Assembly: GCA_965219995.1 (NCBI GenBank)
Contig: CBDCOX010000002.1
Coordinates: 992,001-1,056,000, forward strand
Reading direction: 5' to 3'
DNA length: 64,000 nucleotides
DNA from: Candidatus Latescibacterota bacterium
Lineage (GTDB): Bacteria > Latescibacterota > UBA2968 > GCA-2709665
Numbering within the stretch: the first letter of the stretch is position 1; each line of letters opens with the position of its first letter. The position numbers and the translations under genes are program-made. Shown in pieces: positions 7,905-17,439 of the stretch. The notes beneath the pieces are model-generated. The model did no database searches and was not told where the DNA came from. It was given only the letters and a program-made list of their open reading frames with translations.

Positions 7905-9770
7905 CTATTCAAAAATCCACGTCCCGAAGTTCTCGAACTCCACGCCACGGTTGTAACGGGTTTCCGTCCACACGCTGAATTCGAGTACACCCGTTGAGTG
8001 ACGGCGGTGCGTCCACCGGTGCAGGTTTCCCTTGAGCCCGTCGCCCGTTTTCGGCGCCGCCCTGCCCAGCGCCGTCCACGGGACGGCGATTTCAGCCGAC
8101 CAGGAATCCGCCTGCTTCCGGGTCCCGGACCGAAACGCCCCTTTCCAGGTCGAGTCCCTCCCGTAGATCTCCCTCCCGGTGGCGATGTCGCTGCCGTGTT
8201 CCCGCTGTCCCGTTTCGGTCCGGGAGTCCCATCGGGCATTCGCCAGATCCAGCCGAATGTGGTAGTAGGCCGTCGGCGCTTCGTCCGCGGCGATGACCAC
8301 CTCCACCTGATCGCCGCGGCCTCCAAGTTCGGTGAACAGTGAGGGATGGGTGTGTTGCATTTCCGGCTCGTCACAGAGGAATCCGATGTACAGCGCCCCA
8401 TTGTCATAGGTCAAAAACGCTTCGGTAACGGTTTCCAACTCCCTCGCACGTGCCGCAACGTAGTTAACGAAGGCTCCCGTTGTCTCCGCCCCTTTCCACG
8501 CCTCGTCCGACAGATCCCCGTCGATGTCAGGCGGGGCGGCGCGCAGGCGCGGGATGTGCAGCATCTTCGGCCGAATCGGCCGCTTTTCGGCGTTCGTCTT
8601 TCCCAGGTGGCCCTTCCGGACAATCTCATCTACGTCGAAACCCAGCGGCCTGCCCTGCGCGACTTTCTGCTTTGCGGACCTGAGGGCGCCATCCAGAAAG
8701 CCTGGCAGGTTCCGCCCGTTCCACCAGTCCATGCGCTCGCTGTAGAACCACACGTACCGGTCGCTGCTTGTGAGCGCCCAATAGGCATTGTGCTCCACCC
8801 ATCGCGCCCGTTCTTCGGGTGTGACGTAGGTCGCTTCGGTATGGTTCTCCATGGTTCCGCACAGATAGTCGGCAAAAACGGCGTGCCCGGCCTGGACGTG
8901 ACGGCGGTACTTGCCGCGAAGGTCCCGGGGAATCAGCGCCTGCCCCGCCTGGTGGATGCGATGGTACGCCCGGAAATAGTGCAACTCGCGGTTGTAGTAA
9001 TAGGATTGCTCGTCTCCGTCCACGAAAACGGTTCCGGAATCGGCGGCCTCGAGCATCCCGTTCAGGAACGCGGGCAGGAGGCCATAGTATTCCGACTTGA
9101 GGATGGCTTCCCTTCTGGATGGATCGGTCTCCCGCGCGGCCTCCTGGAAGCGGGGCATCGACGTCCAGAAGAGCGTAAGGATCACCGGATCGGGGAATTC
9201 CTCCTCGATACGGTCCATATACTGCGCGCCCCGCTTCCGTACGATCTGCTCGTACTCGGCAAAGCTCCTCTTCCCCCGGTGCTTCTGCCACTCAACCTTC
9301 CACGCGGAATACGGCCGCCCCCAGTAGACGAACTCCGGATCGAAGGCAAGCCCCACGCAGCCGCCCACCCGCGCGGCCTTCGCGCACCAGCCGATATTGC
9401 GCAGGAAGGGGCTGTTTTCATCCCACATCGCATCATCGAACCAATCCACGTTGTCGTCGCAGTGGAAGTAGATGAAGTTGTCGGTAAACGTCCGCCATTC
9501 GATCCTGCCCATCGCTTCGATCTCCGCCTCGGCGGCAGAGTCGGGGAGATCCACCATGTAGAACGTGTGGCCGAAGGTGGGGCGAATGATAATGCCGTCG
9601 AAGGGACGCTTCTCCATCTCCCGGATATGCTCCGCAACGTAGGCAGGCGACTTCAGATCCCATCCCAGCTTGATCAGTTTCTTGGGAACCGCCCCGCCGC
9701 ATGCCTTCAGCGGCCGGCCGACCAGCAGCACGAAAACCAGCGAACATACGATCGCGACCAACTGTATCAT
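7905..9770 (-). CDS. secreted protein with putative catalytic N-domain and C-terminal CBM9-like sugar-binding domain
   Basis: Signal-like N-terminus MIQLVAIVCSLVFVLL; C-terminal PPDIDGDLSDEAW...LYIGFLCDE...WSAEIAVPW typical of CBM9/DOMON-like domains. Start moved because the ORF-track start lies inside the tRNA. Confidence 0.65.
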   Translation of the reverse strand: MIQLVAIVCSLVFVLLVGRPLKACGGAVPKKLIKLGWDLKSPAYVAEHIREMEKRPFDGIIIRPTFGHTFYMVDLPDSAAEAEIEAMGRIEWRTFTDNFIYFHCDDNVDWFDDAMWDENSPFLRNIGWCAKAARVGGCVGLAFDPEFVYWGRPYSAWKVEWQKHRGKRSFAEYEQIVRKRGAQYMDRIEEEFPDPVILTLFWTSMPRFQEAARETDPSRREAILKSEYYGLLPAFLNGMLEAADSGTVFVDGDEQSYYYNRELHYFRAYHRIHQAGQALIPRDLRGKYRRHVQAGHAVFADYLCGTMENHTEATYVTPEERARWVEHNAYWALTSSDRYVWFYSERMDWWNGRNLPGFLDGALRSAKQKVAQGRPLGFDVDEIVRKGHLGKTNAEKRPIRPKMLHIPRLRAAPPDIDGDLSDEAWKGAETTGAFVNYVAARARELETVTEAFLTYDNGALYIGFLCDEPEMQHTHPSLFTELGGRGDQVEVVIAADEAPTAYYHIRLDLANARWDSRTETGQREHGSDIATGREIYGRDSTWKGAFRSGTRKQADSWSAEIAVPWTALGRAAPKTGDGLKGNLHRWTHRRHSTGVLEFSVWTETRYNRGVEFENFGTWIFE

Positions 9771-9858
9771 TTCGGGACCCCTTGTTTGCCCGCGCAATGG
9801 ATGACTCTCAAACAACAAGGGTTTACGTCGGATTGACATAAACCCTTGTTTCAAAAAG

Positions 9859-9935
9859 TGGTCGGGGCGCCCGGATTCGAACCGGGGGCCTCCTGCTCCC
9901 GAAGCAGGCGCTCTACCGGACTGAGCCACGCCCCG
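9859..9935 (-). tRNA. tRNA-Pro(CGG)
   Basis: CGGGGCG acceptor stem, anticodon arm CCTGC-TTCGGGA-GCAGG, GGTTCGAATCC T-arm, encoded CCA. Confidence 0.97.
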
Positions 9936-10067
9936 AATGCAACACTAAAAATACAAGAATCCATTCTTGCAGCAAGGAAATTCTCCAATTCGCCTCTCAC
10001 GGACACGGGACGAGAAAATGAACACTCCTTCGCCACGAACGCAGCCGAAGCGGTTTGCCCCTGCTAT

Positions 10068-11006
10068 TCAGCGGCGGGTTTCCGCCAGCCGGTCCAGAAC
10101 GACCACAACCGCGAAACCCACGATGGCCAGTCCCGCGGCGGCGGCCAAATCACCGTCAATCGTCTTGGGCAGGACGTTAATCTGCACGAGCGGTACTTCA
10201 ATTCCGTTCGCATCCGGATGCGGCGAGACGTTCTCTTTCCAGGGCCAGATCTTCCGCAATGAACCGGCCATGAACCCTGTCAGCGTTGCAATCGTCAGGT
10301 CATGCTGCCGCCTGAAGATCCAGGCAAGTACCCTTGCGAAACTCAGAATTCCGACCGCAGCTCCGGCCGCGAATACGACCATGGGAACAATGTCCCGGTT
10401 GTTCAACGCCGCCAGGAGATATTCGTATTTGCCCAGCAGCACCAGAATGAACGAACCGGAGATGCCAGGCAGAATCATCGCCGAAATGGCCACAACCCCG
10501 CAGACGAAGAGAAACCACGGCGAATCCGGCGTCGTCACCGGCACGAGGCCGACAACAACGTAGAATAACATTCCCGCGGCAAGCGCGGCGATCCAGATGG
10601 GTCCACGCCACGCCACAACCCGTTTCCTCACGACGAATACGGAGGCGACCACGAGCCCGAAGAAAAACGCCCAGATCAACTCCGGGCGATGTTGCAGCAT
10701 CCACTGAATCCCTCGTGCCAGTGTCACCACGGCCAACAGGATGCCAATGAGAACCGTGCCCAGAAATCGCCATGGAACCCTGTTGAACGCTTCGCGGAAC
10801 TTGAGAACAAGCAGCAATCCGGCAAAACGACGATCAACGGAACGGATCGAATAGATCAGCTCCTGGTAGATTCCCGTAACGAACGCGATTGTGCCGCCCG
10901 ATACGCCGGGTACGACGTCCGCCGCACCCATACATACGCCCCGCAGGCCGAGTCCCAGATAGTACGTCCAGCCCGCACGCGCAGATGTGTGTCCTTTGCC
11001 TTCCAC
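10068..11006 (-). CDS. DUF368-family membrane protein (putative undecaprenyl-phosphate translocase)
   Basis: Duplicated MGAADVVPGVSGGTIA and AMILPGISGS motifs; start approximate. Confidence 0.88.
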   Translation of the reverse strand: MEGKGHTSARAGWTYYLGLGLRGVCMGAADVVPGVSGGTIAFVTGIYQELIYSIRSVDRRFAGLLLVLKFREAFNRVPWRFLGTVLIGILLAVVTLARGIQWMLQHRPELIWAFFFGLVVASVFVVRKRVVAWRGPIWIAALAAGMLFYVVVGLVPVTTPDSPWFLFVCGVVAISAMILPGISGSFILVLLGKYEYLLAALNNRDIVPMVVFAAGAAVGILSFARVLAWIFRRQHDLTIATLTGFMAGSLRKIWPWKENVSPHPDANGIEVPLVQINVLPKTIDGDLAAAAGLAIVGFAVVVVLDRLAETRR

Positions 11007-11162
11007 CTGTTCCCGGCCTCCGGGAATCCACCGTATCGGTTTCGAGATATTCAAGCTTTTCGATAATGAGGGGTCGGCGGATCCGCGGACTCCCCGTGCG
11101 GCAACACGGTTCGCCACGCGAAAAACAGGGACTCACGATCCAGGTCGTAAGTCCCTGTGGTA

Positions 11163-11239
11163 TGGTCGGAGCGACTGGATTTGAACCAGCGACCCCTATC
11201 ACCCCAAGATAGTGCGCTACCGGGCTGCGCCACGCTCCG
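11163..11239 (-). tRNA. tRNA-Pro(GGG)
   Basis: CGGAGCG acceptor stem, anticodon arm CTATC-TTGGGGT-GATAG, GGTTCAAATCC T-arm, encoded CCA. Confidence 0.97.
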
Positions 11240-11267
11240 ATCTCAACTCGATTCGCAACGAGGCGAA

Positions 11268-11296
11268 AATCTAACGGGTCTTGCCATCTCCGTCAA
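11268..11296 (-). promoter_or_regulatory. sigma70-type promoter of tRNA-Pro(GGG)
   Basis: TTGACG-17bp-TAGATT on the minus strand. Confidence 0.6.
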
Positions 11297-11324
11297 GAGA
11301 AATGTGACGCCCCGCGGGCGCAAT

Positions 11325-12602
11325 TCATTCGGTCTTGTAATAGAGAGAGTTATAGTACCGTTCGGCAATGACCTTGCAAAGGATATTCACAACGGCCGCC
11401 CCGGGAATCGCGATGAGCATGCCAATGAATCCCCAGAAGTGGGCGCCGACAACCAGCGCGAACATAACCCAGACCGGATGCAGCCCAACGCGTTGCCCCA
11501 CCACACGTGGAGACAGGAAGTTGCCCTCGATACTCTGCACGACGACGAATACGCCAATGACTTTGAAAAGGCTGCCGACCGGATCCGCGTCTGACAGCGC
11601 AACCAGACACGAAACGCTGAATGCAACCGCGATTCCTATGTAGGGAATCAGATTGAAGAGCCCTGCCATGAGTCCCAGCAAGACAGCATATCGAATTCCG
11701 AATACCATAAGACCGGTGGTCGTGAGCACTGCGATAAAACTGCAGACCAGCACCTGCCCGCGCAGGTATTGGCCCAGAACTTCGTCGACCCTCGTGAGTA
11801 ACTCGCCGGCGGATGCGGCGTGTCGGCGCGGAAGAATCCGCGCCAGGGTGTGCTTTATGCGCTCGTAGTCCTTAATCATATAAAAGGTCACGAAGGGGAT
11901 CATCAAAAGTTCCAGAAACGTCGCCAATCCGGAACTCAATGCCTTTAGCGCAGCCGTCATCTGCTCGGCGAAGAGTTCACCCAGCTTCGGCAACTGCTCG
12001 AGGAGCACACCCCTGGGCAGACTCACGCCGAAAGACTGCAACCAGTTGAGAACCTGATCGTAGAGTGCCTTGAGCATCGCCGCATAGACGGGAACACGAC
12101 GGCCGAAATCGAGAATTTCCTGCGTCACCAGTGGGATAACCACAATGCCGATACCTGACAGTGCCGCCAGAATAACCACCACCATCAGGGCGATGGCAAT
12201 CGTTCGGGACATCCAGCGTTCCATAAGGCCAACAAGCGGAGACAGCAAATAAGCCAACACGAACGACATGACAAACGGCCAGAACAACCCTGCCATGTCG
12301 CCCATCAGCCAGGCGCCGAACAGCAAGACCACCACAACCGCCACTCCCGCTTCGAACCTTACCCCCTTGCTGACCATGACGACGACCGCCAGGAGCGTGA
12401 GGCCGATCAGGAACGGGGAAAGATCCTGGTGGAGCACATAGAGGAAGCCAACCAGAAACACAAGGATGGCCAACCGGAAAAACGGCCTGTCGCCGGCTAA
12501 CGCGCCGGATGGCCGTTGGTCCGCGCCCGAATGCTGATCCTCCGCATTGTGGTTCGGATCTTCCCCTCCGGGTCCTTGTTGCGCTTTCGAATCCGTTTGC
12601 AT
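11325..12602 (-). CDS. AI-2E family transporter
   Basis: LAYLLSPLV, IPYIG, QSIEGNFLSPRVVG and GLHPVWV motifs. Confidence 0.9.
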   Translation of the reverse strand: MQTDSKAQQGPGGEDPNHNAEDQHSGADQRPSGALAGDRPFFRLAILVFLVGFLYVLHQDLSPFLIGLTLLAVVVMVSKGVRFEAGVAVVVVLLFGAWLMGDMAGLFWPFVMSFVLAYLLSPLVGLMERWMSRTIAIALMVVVILAALSGIGIVVIPLVTQEILDFGRRVPVYAAMLKALYDQVLNWLQSFGVSLPRGVLLEQLPKLGELFAEQMTAALKALSSGLATFLELLMIPFVTFYMIKDYERIKHTLARILPRRHAASAGELLTRVDEVLGQYLRGQVLVCSFIAVLTTTGLMVFGIRYAVLLGLMAGLFNLIPYIGIAVAFSVSCLVALSDADPVGSLFKVIGVFVVVQSIEGNFLSPRVVGQRVGLHPVWVMFALVVGAHFWGFIGMLIAIPGAAVVNILCKVIAERYYNSLYYKTE

Positions 12603-12623
12603 GTCTATCCCCGCGGACGGCGT

Positions 12624-13472
12624 CTATTCCCCGTGTCCCTGTTCTTTCTCCTTCGGCAGGACGAGGAACGTCTCCGACTGGAGGTCAATATTGAAGATAC
12701 GAAGGTACCGGTTGTGGCGGAGTCCGTCCACTTCACCGATCAGTTCCAGGACGCCGTCACCGTCGATATCCAGGTAGCCGAGACGGTCTCCGAATCCGTC
12801 GGCGAAATACCACTCCACAAGCAGCGTCTCGAGATCCACGACTACGCCCGTATTCAATGCCACTTCGAGCCCGTAGTCGTCGTCGAAGTCCGCGATCACC
12901 ATGCTCTGGGCGTGGATGGATTCTTTCGGAATCACGTCGCTGATGCCCTGCTCGTACAGTTCCAGGCAGTCGTACACGTGGACGTGCATCTCGCTGTGGC
13001 CCAAGCCCTTGACCAGATAGACGAATTCAAGCTGGGGATCGTCGTCCACGTTCGCGATTGTCATGTGGATGATATCTTCCCGGATCTGCCATATAAAACT
13101 GTAGTCCTCCGCGCTGTACAATACGATACGCGTGAAGGTGTAAGCGACAATCTCGACCTCCCCGTCCGCATCGACGTCCTCCACAAACACCCCGAGGATG
13201 GCCGATCCCAGCGACTCGCTCTTCCACTCCTCGTACCCGCGCCCGTCGACGTACCTTACCGCATGCAGGTTCCCGTCGGCGTCACCGTAAACGACCCTCG
13301 GACTCGTTCCTTCACCCGGCGGGAGGATGCGAATCTGAGGCAATTCATCGATGCTGCCTCCCCAGTGGAAATGCCGGTTGTCGCGCAAGCTGTGCCAGTC
13401 CGGGATCTCGGCCTGCGCCGGCATCTGCGCCGCCAGCCAGAAGAGCGCGGCAAACCAGGAGCCGTATCGCAT
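12624..13472 (-). CDS. secreted FG-GAP/VCBS-like repeat protein
   Basis: Signal peptide (AQA cleavage); DVDADGEVEIV, NVDDDPQLE, DFDDDYGLE and DIDGDGVLE Ca-binding blade motifs. Confidence 0.75.
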   Translation of the reverse strand: MRYGSWFAALFWLAAQMPAQAEIPDWHSLRDNRHFHWGGSIDELPQIRILPPGEGTSPRVVYGDADGNLHAVRYVDGRGYEEWKSESLGSAILGVFVEDVDADGEVEIVAYTFTRIVLYSAEDYSFIWQIREDIIHMTIANVDDDPQLEFVYLVKGLGHSEMHVHVYDCLELYEQGISDVIPKESIHAQSMVIADFDDDYGLEVALNTGVVVDLETLLVEWYFADGFGDRLGYLDIDGDGVLELIGEVDGLRHNRYLRIFNIDLQSETFLVLPKEKEQGHGE

Positions 13473-13474
13473 GT

Positions 13475-14629
13475 CTATCGGTCCTTCAACTCGGAAAGAA
13501 TTGAAAAAATCTCGGTGTTCGCCCGAATTGCCTCTTCGCCGTCCGGCACGGTACGCTGGTGACACGCCAGACACACCTCCCGGAGTTCCAGTTTATGACA
13601 GCTCGTGCATTCGCTCACGTTGCCGTACGGCTCGAAAAACGGCGCTTCGCGCAAGTGAAAAGCCTCCGCATCGCTGCGCCGCCCCGGGTTCTGATGACCA
13701 ACCGTGGTGGTAACACCTTCTCTCTCGTGGCAATCCTGGCAGAATGCCCTGAGTTTATGGCAGGACGCGCAGTCTCCGATCCTTCCGGAGACTTCCTCTC
13801 CATGATTTCCTCGAAAATCCGATGTGATTGAGATGACCTTAATATATCGCTCGGGACGCAGACTCTTGTATTCACCGATCAGATCCGGCGTTCCGTCGTA
13901 GTTCACGTCCATGTACCCCATTCGGTCGCATCCGCCGAAGTGCCACTCGAAGTCGAGGGATCGCGAATCGATCACGACGCCGGTATTGATGGCGATTTCG
14001 AGTTGATCGTCCTCGTCCAGGTTGGCGACGACCATGCTCTCGCCAATAAGGGTCTGTTCGCCCCTCCTCTCCTCCGCAAGATGCCTGCCGTCATAGACGA
14101 ACAGCCGCGAGTCCCGCTCTCCGGACGCGTCTTCCGCTTCGCCGAGGAAGATCAACTCCAGCTGCGGGTCCCCATCGAGATTCTCGATGGCCATCGTGGA
14201 GATCGTGGCGTATTCGTCATCTTTGCTTCGCCAGATCAACTCATACGTATCCGCATTGTAAATCACGATATCGCCCCAGTGCGAATAGGCGACGATCTCC
14301 TGGATTCCGTCGGCATTGACATCCGCGACGAACACCTGCGCCACGGATGACCTGAGGGATTGGCCAACCCAGACCTCCCGGGATCGACCCCCCGTGAACT
14401 CGAGCACGTGAAGCAGGCCCTGCCGGTCTCCGTACACCAGACGCTTCACCGTATCGGCGGCGGCGGGGATGATGCGAACGGTACGCATTTCGGAAAGTGC
14501 GCCGCCGAACGATACGTCCTTTCGCTTCTCCCACCGGAACCACTCCAGGTCTCCTGCATGCGCCAGCGTCAGCCCACCGCACAGACATGATAGCACCCAG
14601 AACAGGTTTCGAGAGAACACGCGCCGCAC
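13475..14629 (-). CDS. secreted FG-GAP-repeat protein with C-terminal tetraheme cytochrome c domain
   Basis: Signal peptide (AHA cleavage); four DxDxDG/NLDxDxxLE motifs, then CASCH, CQDCH, CTSCH and CLACH; GTG start after GGAGG. Confidence 0.75.
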   Translation of the reverse strand: MRRVFSRNLFWVLSCLCGGLTLAHAGDLEWFRWEKRKDVSFGGALSEMRTVRIIPAAADTVKRLVYGDRQGLLHVLEFTGGRSREVWVGQSLRSSVAQVFVADVNADGIQEIVAYSHWGDIVIYNADTYELIWRSKDDEYATISTMAIENLDGDPQLELIFLGEAEDASGERDSRLFVYDGRHLAEERRGEQTLIGESMVVANLDEDDQLEIAINTGVVIDSRSLDFEWHFGGCDRMGYMDVNYDGTPDLIGEYKSLRPERYIKVISITSDFRGNHGEEVSGRIGDCASCHKLRAFCQDCHEREGVTTTVGHQNPGRRSDAEAFHLREAPFFEPYGNVSECTSCHKLELREVCLACHQRTVPDGEEAIRANTEIFSILSELKDR

Positions 14630-14642
14630 GCCGGACCTCCGC

Positions 14643-15548
14643 TCAGAACAGACTGACATCTACGTTTAGATAGCGTTTCGGGTCCTCTTTGATCCCGATG
14701 ATGAGGCTGTCTACGGAGGCCAGCGTACGCCGCAGATCCAGATACAGGGACTCGTCCTGGATGAGGCGGCCCAGCGTCCCTTCGCCACGCCGCAGCTTCC
14801 CGCTCACCTCGTTCAGATCGGACAGAGACGTCCCCAGCGATTCCAATACTGTCTCCATATCGCGCGCCACCCCGTCCAGCCTCTGGGTCATGCGCCGCAA
14901 ATTCCCGACAACCTGGCGCACGTCCGCCCTGTTCTCGCCCAGCAGGCCACGTGCGTCGCGGGCGGCCAGGGCCGCTGTATCCAGAACGGCCGCGAGCGTC
15001 TCACGGTTTTCGGAAAGCGTCTGCTTCAGATGGACGGCGGTGCTGTCCATATTCGCCAGCAGGGCATCGATGTGGGCGATGTTCCGGTCGGCAAGCACGG
15101 CTTCCAGACGCTGCGCCACCGCACCGGCCTGGTCGGTCATCTCTTCAATGCCGCCTCCCGACCGTCCCTGCAGCGTGTCGTGATCGGCATAAACCCGTTC
15201 GATGTCCGATCCTACCCTGACGTCGATCATCTTGCCCCCCAACAATCCCTCGGACTGCAGGAAAACCTCAGAATCTCGCGGTAGACTTCGGATTTCCGCA
15301 AAGCCGATACTGACGATGGGCAACCCTTGCGTAAGTCTGATTTCAAGCACCTTGCCGGCCCAAACGCCCCGGATGAAGACCGGGTCGCCGGGTTGCAGCC
15401 CGGGTACGCTGTCGAAATATACATGCAACTGATACCCGCCGGCCGCCCCCGCGTAATTCTCCGACAGCCAGGCAGCGCCCAGGACGGCAATGGCGATCGC
15501 CAGAAAGATGACGGCGCCCAGAACCATCTGTTTTTCTCGACTGATCAT
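14643..15548 (-). CDS. mlaD: MlaD/MCE-family protein
   Basis: N-terminal TM anchor, GLxxGxxVxxxGVxxGxV MCE motif, GLLGG, long helical region ending GEGTLGRLIQD. Confidence 0.88.
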   Translation of the reverse strand: MISREKQMVLGAVIFLAIAIAVLGAAWLSENYAGAAGGYQLHVYFDSVPGLQPGDPVFIRGVWAGKVLEIRLTQGLPIVSIGFAEIRSLPRDSEVFLQSEGLLGGKMIDVRVGSDIERVYADHDTLQGRSGGGIEEMTDQAGAVAQRLEAVLADRNIAHIDALLANMDSTAVHLKQTLSENRETLAAVLDTAALAARDARGLLGENRADVRQVVGNLRRMTQRLDGVARDMETVLESLGTSLSDLNEVSGKLRRGEGTLGRLIQDESLYLDLRRTLASVDSLIIGIKEDPKRYLNVDVSLF

Positions 15549-15560
15549 TTGTCACCCGCT

Positions 15561-16304
15561 TCAGATTCTTCCCTGAACGAACATGTCATAGACATCGTTA
15601 CCGCTCCTTTCGATTTCCTCGGGAGTCCCTTGAATGGCGGTCTTCCCGTTGTAGAGCAAGGCGATGCGGTCCGAAATCCTGCGGGCAAGCGGGAGGTCAT
15701 GGGTAACCACGACAGAGGTTACATCCAGCTCGTTCTGCAGTTTCAGTATATAGTCGCCGACGACATTGGCGGTACCCGGATCCAAACCCGTGGTCGGCTC
15801 GTCATATAGAATGAAATCCGGCGACATGGCGATCGCCCTTGCCAGCGCCGCGCGCTTGCGCATGCCTCCGGACAGTTCAACCGGCATCGTCTGCTCGGAC
15901 CCGGCGAGCCGGACCGCATCCAGGCATACGCTTACCCGCTCTTCAATCTCCCTCTCCGACATCCGGGTATGCATCCGCAGCCCGAAAGCCACATTCTCCT
16001 TGACGTTCATTGAGTCGAACAGCGCCGCGGACTGAAACAGGACGCCAATCCGTTTGCGCAACTCCTTCAGATCCCTGTTGTTGATTGAATTCATCACGTG
16101 ACCGTCCACGGTTACCCGTCCGTGATCGGCCTGCTCGATTCCGATAATGTGCTTGAGAGTCACACTCTTGCCGCACCCGCTGGGGCCGAGAATGGTGGTG
16201 ACTTCCCCCCAGCGGACTTCCAGGTCCATTCCTTTCAGGACTTCCAGATCGTCGAACCGCTTGTGTACGGCTTCAAAACTGACGGCAACGTCATTCACTG
16301 GCAT
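15561..16304 (-). CDS. mlaF: MlaF-like ABC ATPase
   Basis: GPSGCGKS, FQSAALFDS, LSGGMRKR, YDEPTTGLDP. Confidence 0.9.
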   Translation of the reverse strand: MPVNDVAVSFEAVHKRFDDLEVLKGMDLEVRWGEVTTILGPSGCGKSVTLKHIIGIEQADHGRVTVDGHVMNSINNRDLKELRKRIGVLFQSAALFDSMNVKENVAFGLRMHTRMSEREIEERVSVCLDAVRLAGSEQTMPVELSGGMRKRAALARAIAMSPDFILYDEPTTGLDPGTANVVGDYILKLQNELDVTSVVVTHDLPLARRISDRIALLYNGKTAIQGTPEEIERSGNDVYDMFVQGRI

Positions 16305-16372
16305 TTCTCATCCCATACAACGAATCTGCAGGACAGGAGGAACCGCATCCGGAATGCGGGAAAAATACGCCA

Positions 16373-17146
16373 TCAATAGAGCAACGTCTTTGTCAGGAAG
16401 TAGTCGAGGATCAATATCGATGCCGCCGAAATCACCACCGCCGCGGTCGCGGCGCGTCCGACGCCCTGCGCCCCTCCGGATGCCGACAGCCCGGCGTACG
16501 AGCCGTAGAAGGTGATCAATCCCCCGTAAACCACGGACTTGATGAGGCAGACCACCAGATCGTACGAGCTGAAGTCGAGTTTCATCCCTTTTACAAAATC
16601 CGCAACTGTGATATCCATGAGAAGAATAGACATCACATAACCGGAATAAATCGACGTGAACGCGGAGAACACCACCAGCACCGGGATCATGACGATGCCG
16701 GCGAGAACGCGGGGCATGAGGAGGTAACCAACCGGATCCACGGCGAGAGAAACCAGGGCATCAACCTGCTCGGAGACCTTCATGGTGCCCACTTCCGATG
16801 CGATGCCCGCGCCCACCTGCCCCGCCAGCACCAGTCCCATGAGAATCGGTGCGAGTTCCAGCAACACGGAGCGGACAACGATGCTGCCGACCATATAGTC
16901 CGGGACATAGTCCTCCATCTGGTAGGCCATCATCGTGGATACCGCCATACCGCTGAAAGCCGATACAAGGATGACCAGAGACAACGAATTCACGCCAACC
17001 GCGTAACATTGTTCGATGATCTGGCGCCTGTAGAAGTAGACGTTCGGCAATTCGCCGAGAAACCGCCGAAAGTACCCTGCCATCGAGTGGGTCAGCAGCA
17101 GAAAGCGGGCGGTCTTTATGCCCAGAAATTGCAGCAATCGTCTCAC
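16373..17146 (-). CDS. mlaE: MlaE-like ABC permease
   Basis: ELAP, GAGIASEVGTMKVSEQVDAL, GGAQGVGRAAT; start uncertain (17146 or 17203). Confidence 0.9.
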   Translation of the reverse strand: MRRLLQFLGIKTARFLLLTHSMAGYFRRFLGELPNVYFYRRQIIEQCYAVGVNSLSLVILVSAFSGMAVSTMMAYQMEDYVPDYMVGSIVVRSVLLELAPILMGLVLAGQVGAGIASEVGTMKVSEQVDALVSLAVDPVGYLLMPRVLAGIVMIPVLVVFSAFTSIYSGYVMSILLMDITVADFVKGMKLDFSSYDLVVCLIKSVVYGGLITFYGSYAGLSASGGAQGVGRAATAAVVISAASILILDYFLTKTLLY

Positions 17147-17377
17147 GGGATGTTTCCGGCAATGGGTTTGCGCCGCACGAAGGCGCGACTCCGCGACAGG
17201 CACGGGCGTTCGGAGTAACCGACAGTCTTTACCGATTTCGAACTATACAAGCCCGGATACCATTCGGGAGTTGCTCCCAATTTAACCACTGAATTCAGTT
17301 GGATCAACGACTTTATGTTTCTCCTGCATCGCCTGCTCCGCGTCCGAAACGACGCGCCCCGACGGTCTCCGCAGCAG

Positions 17378-17411
17378 AAAAAAAGCGGGTGGGGAAAATC
17401 CCCTTACCCGC
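17378..17411 (-). terminator. intrinsic terminator after the sigma factor gene
   Basis: GCGGGTAAGGGGA-TTT-TCCCCACCCGC bulged stem followed by T7. Confidence 0.75.
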
Positions 17412-17439
17412 ATATCCTGGCGCTGCTGCCGATTCCGAA

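Noticed and set aside
9771-9929. N-terminal ORF extensions running through tRNAs or neighbours (also 18310-18630 and 6864-7199)
   Set aside because: They overlap tRNA genes or lexA; downstream starts fit better.
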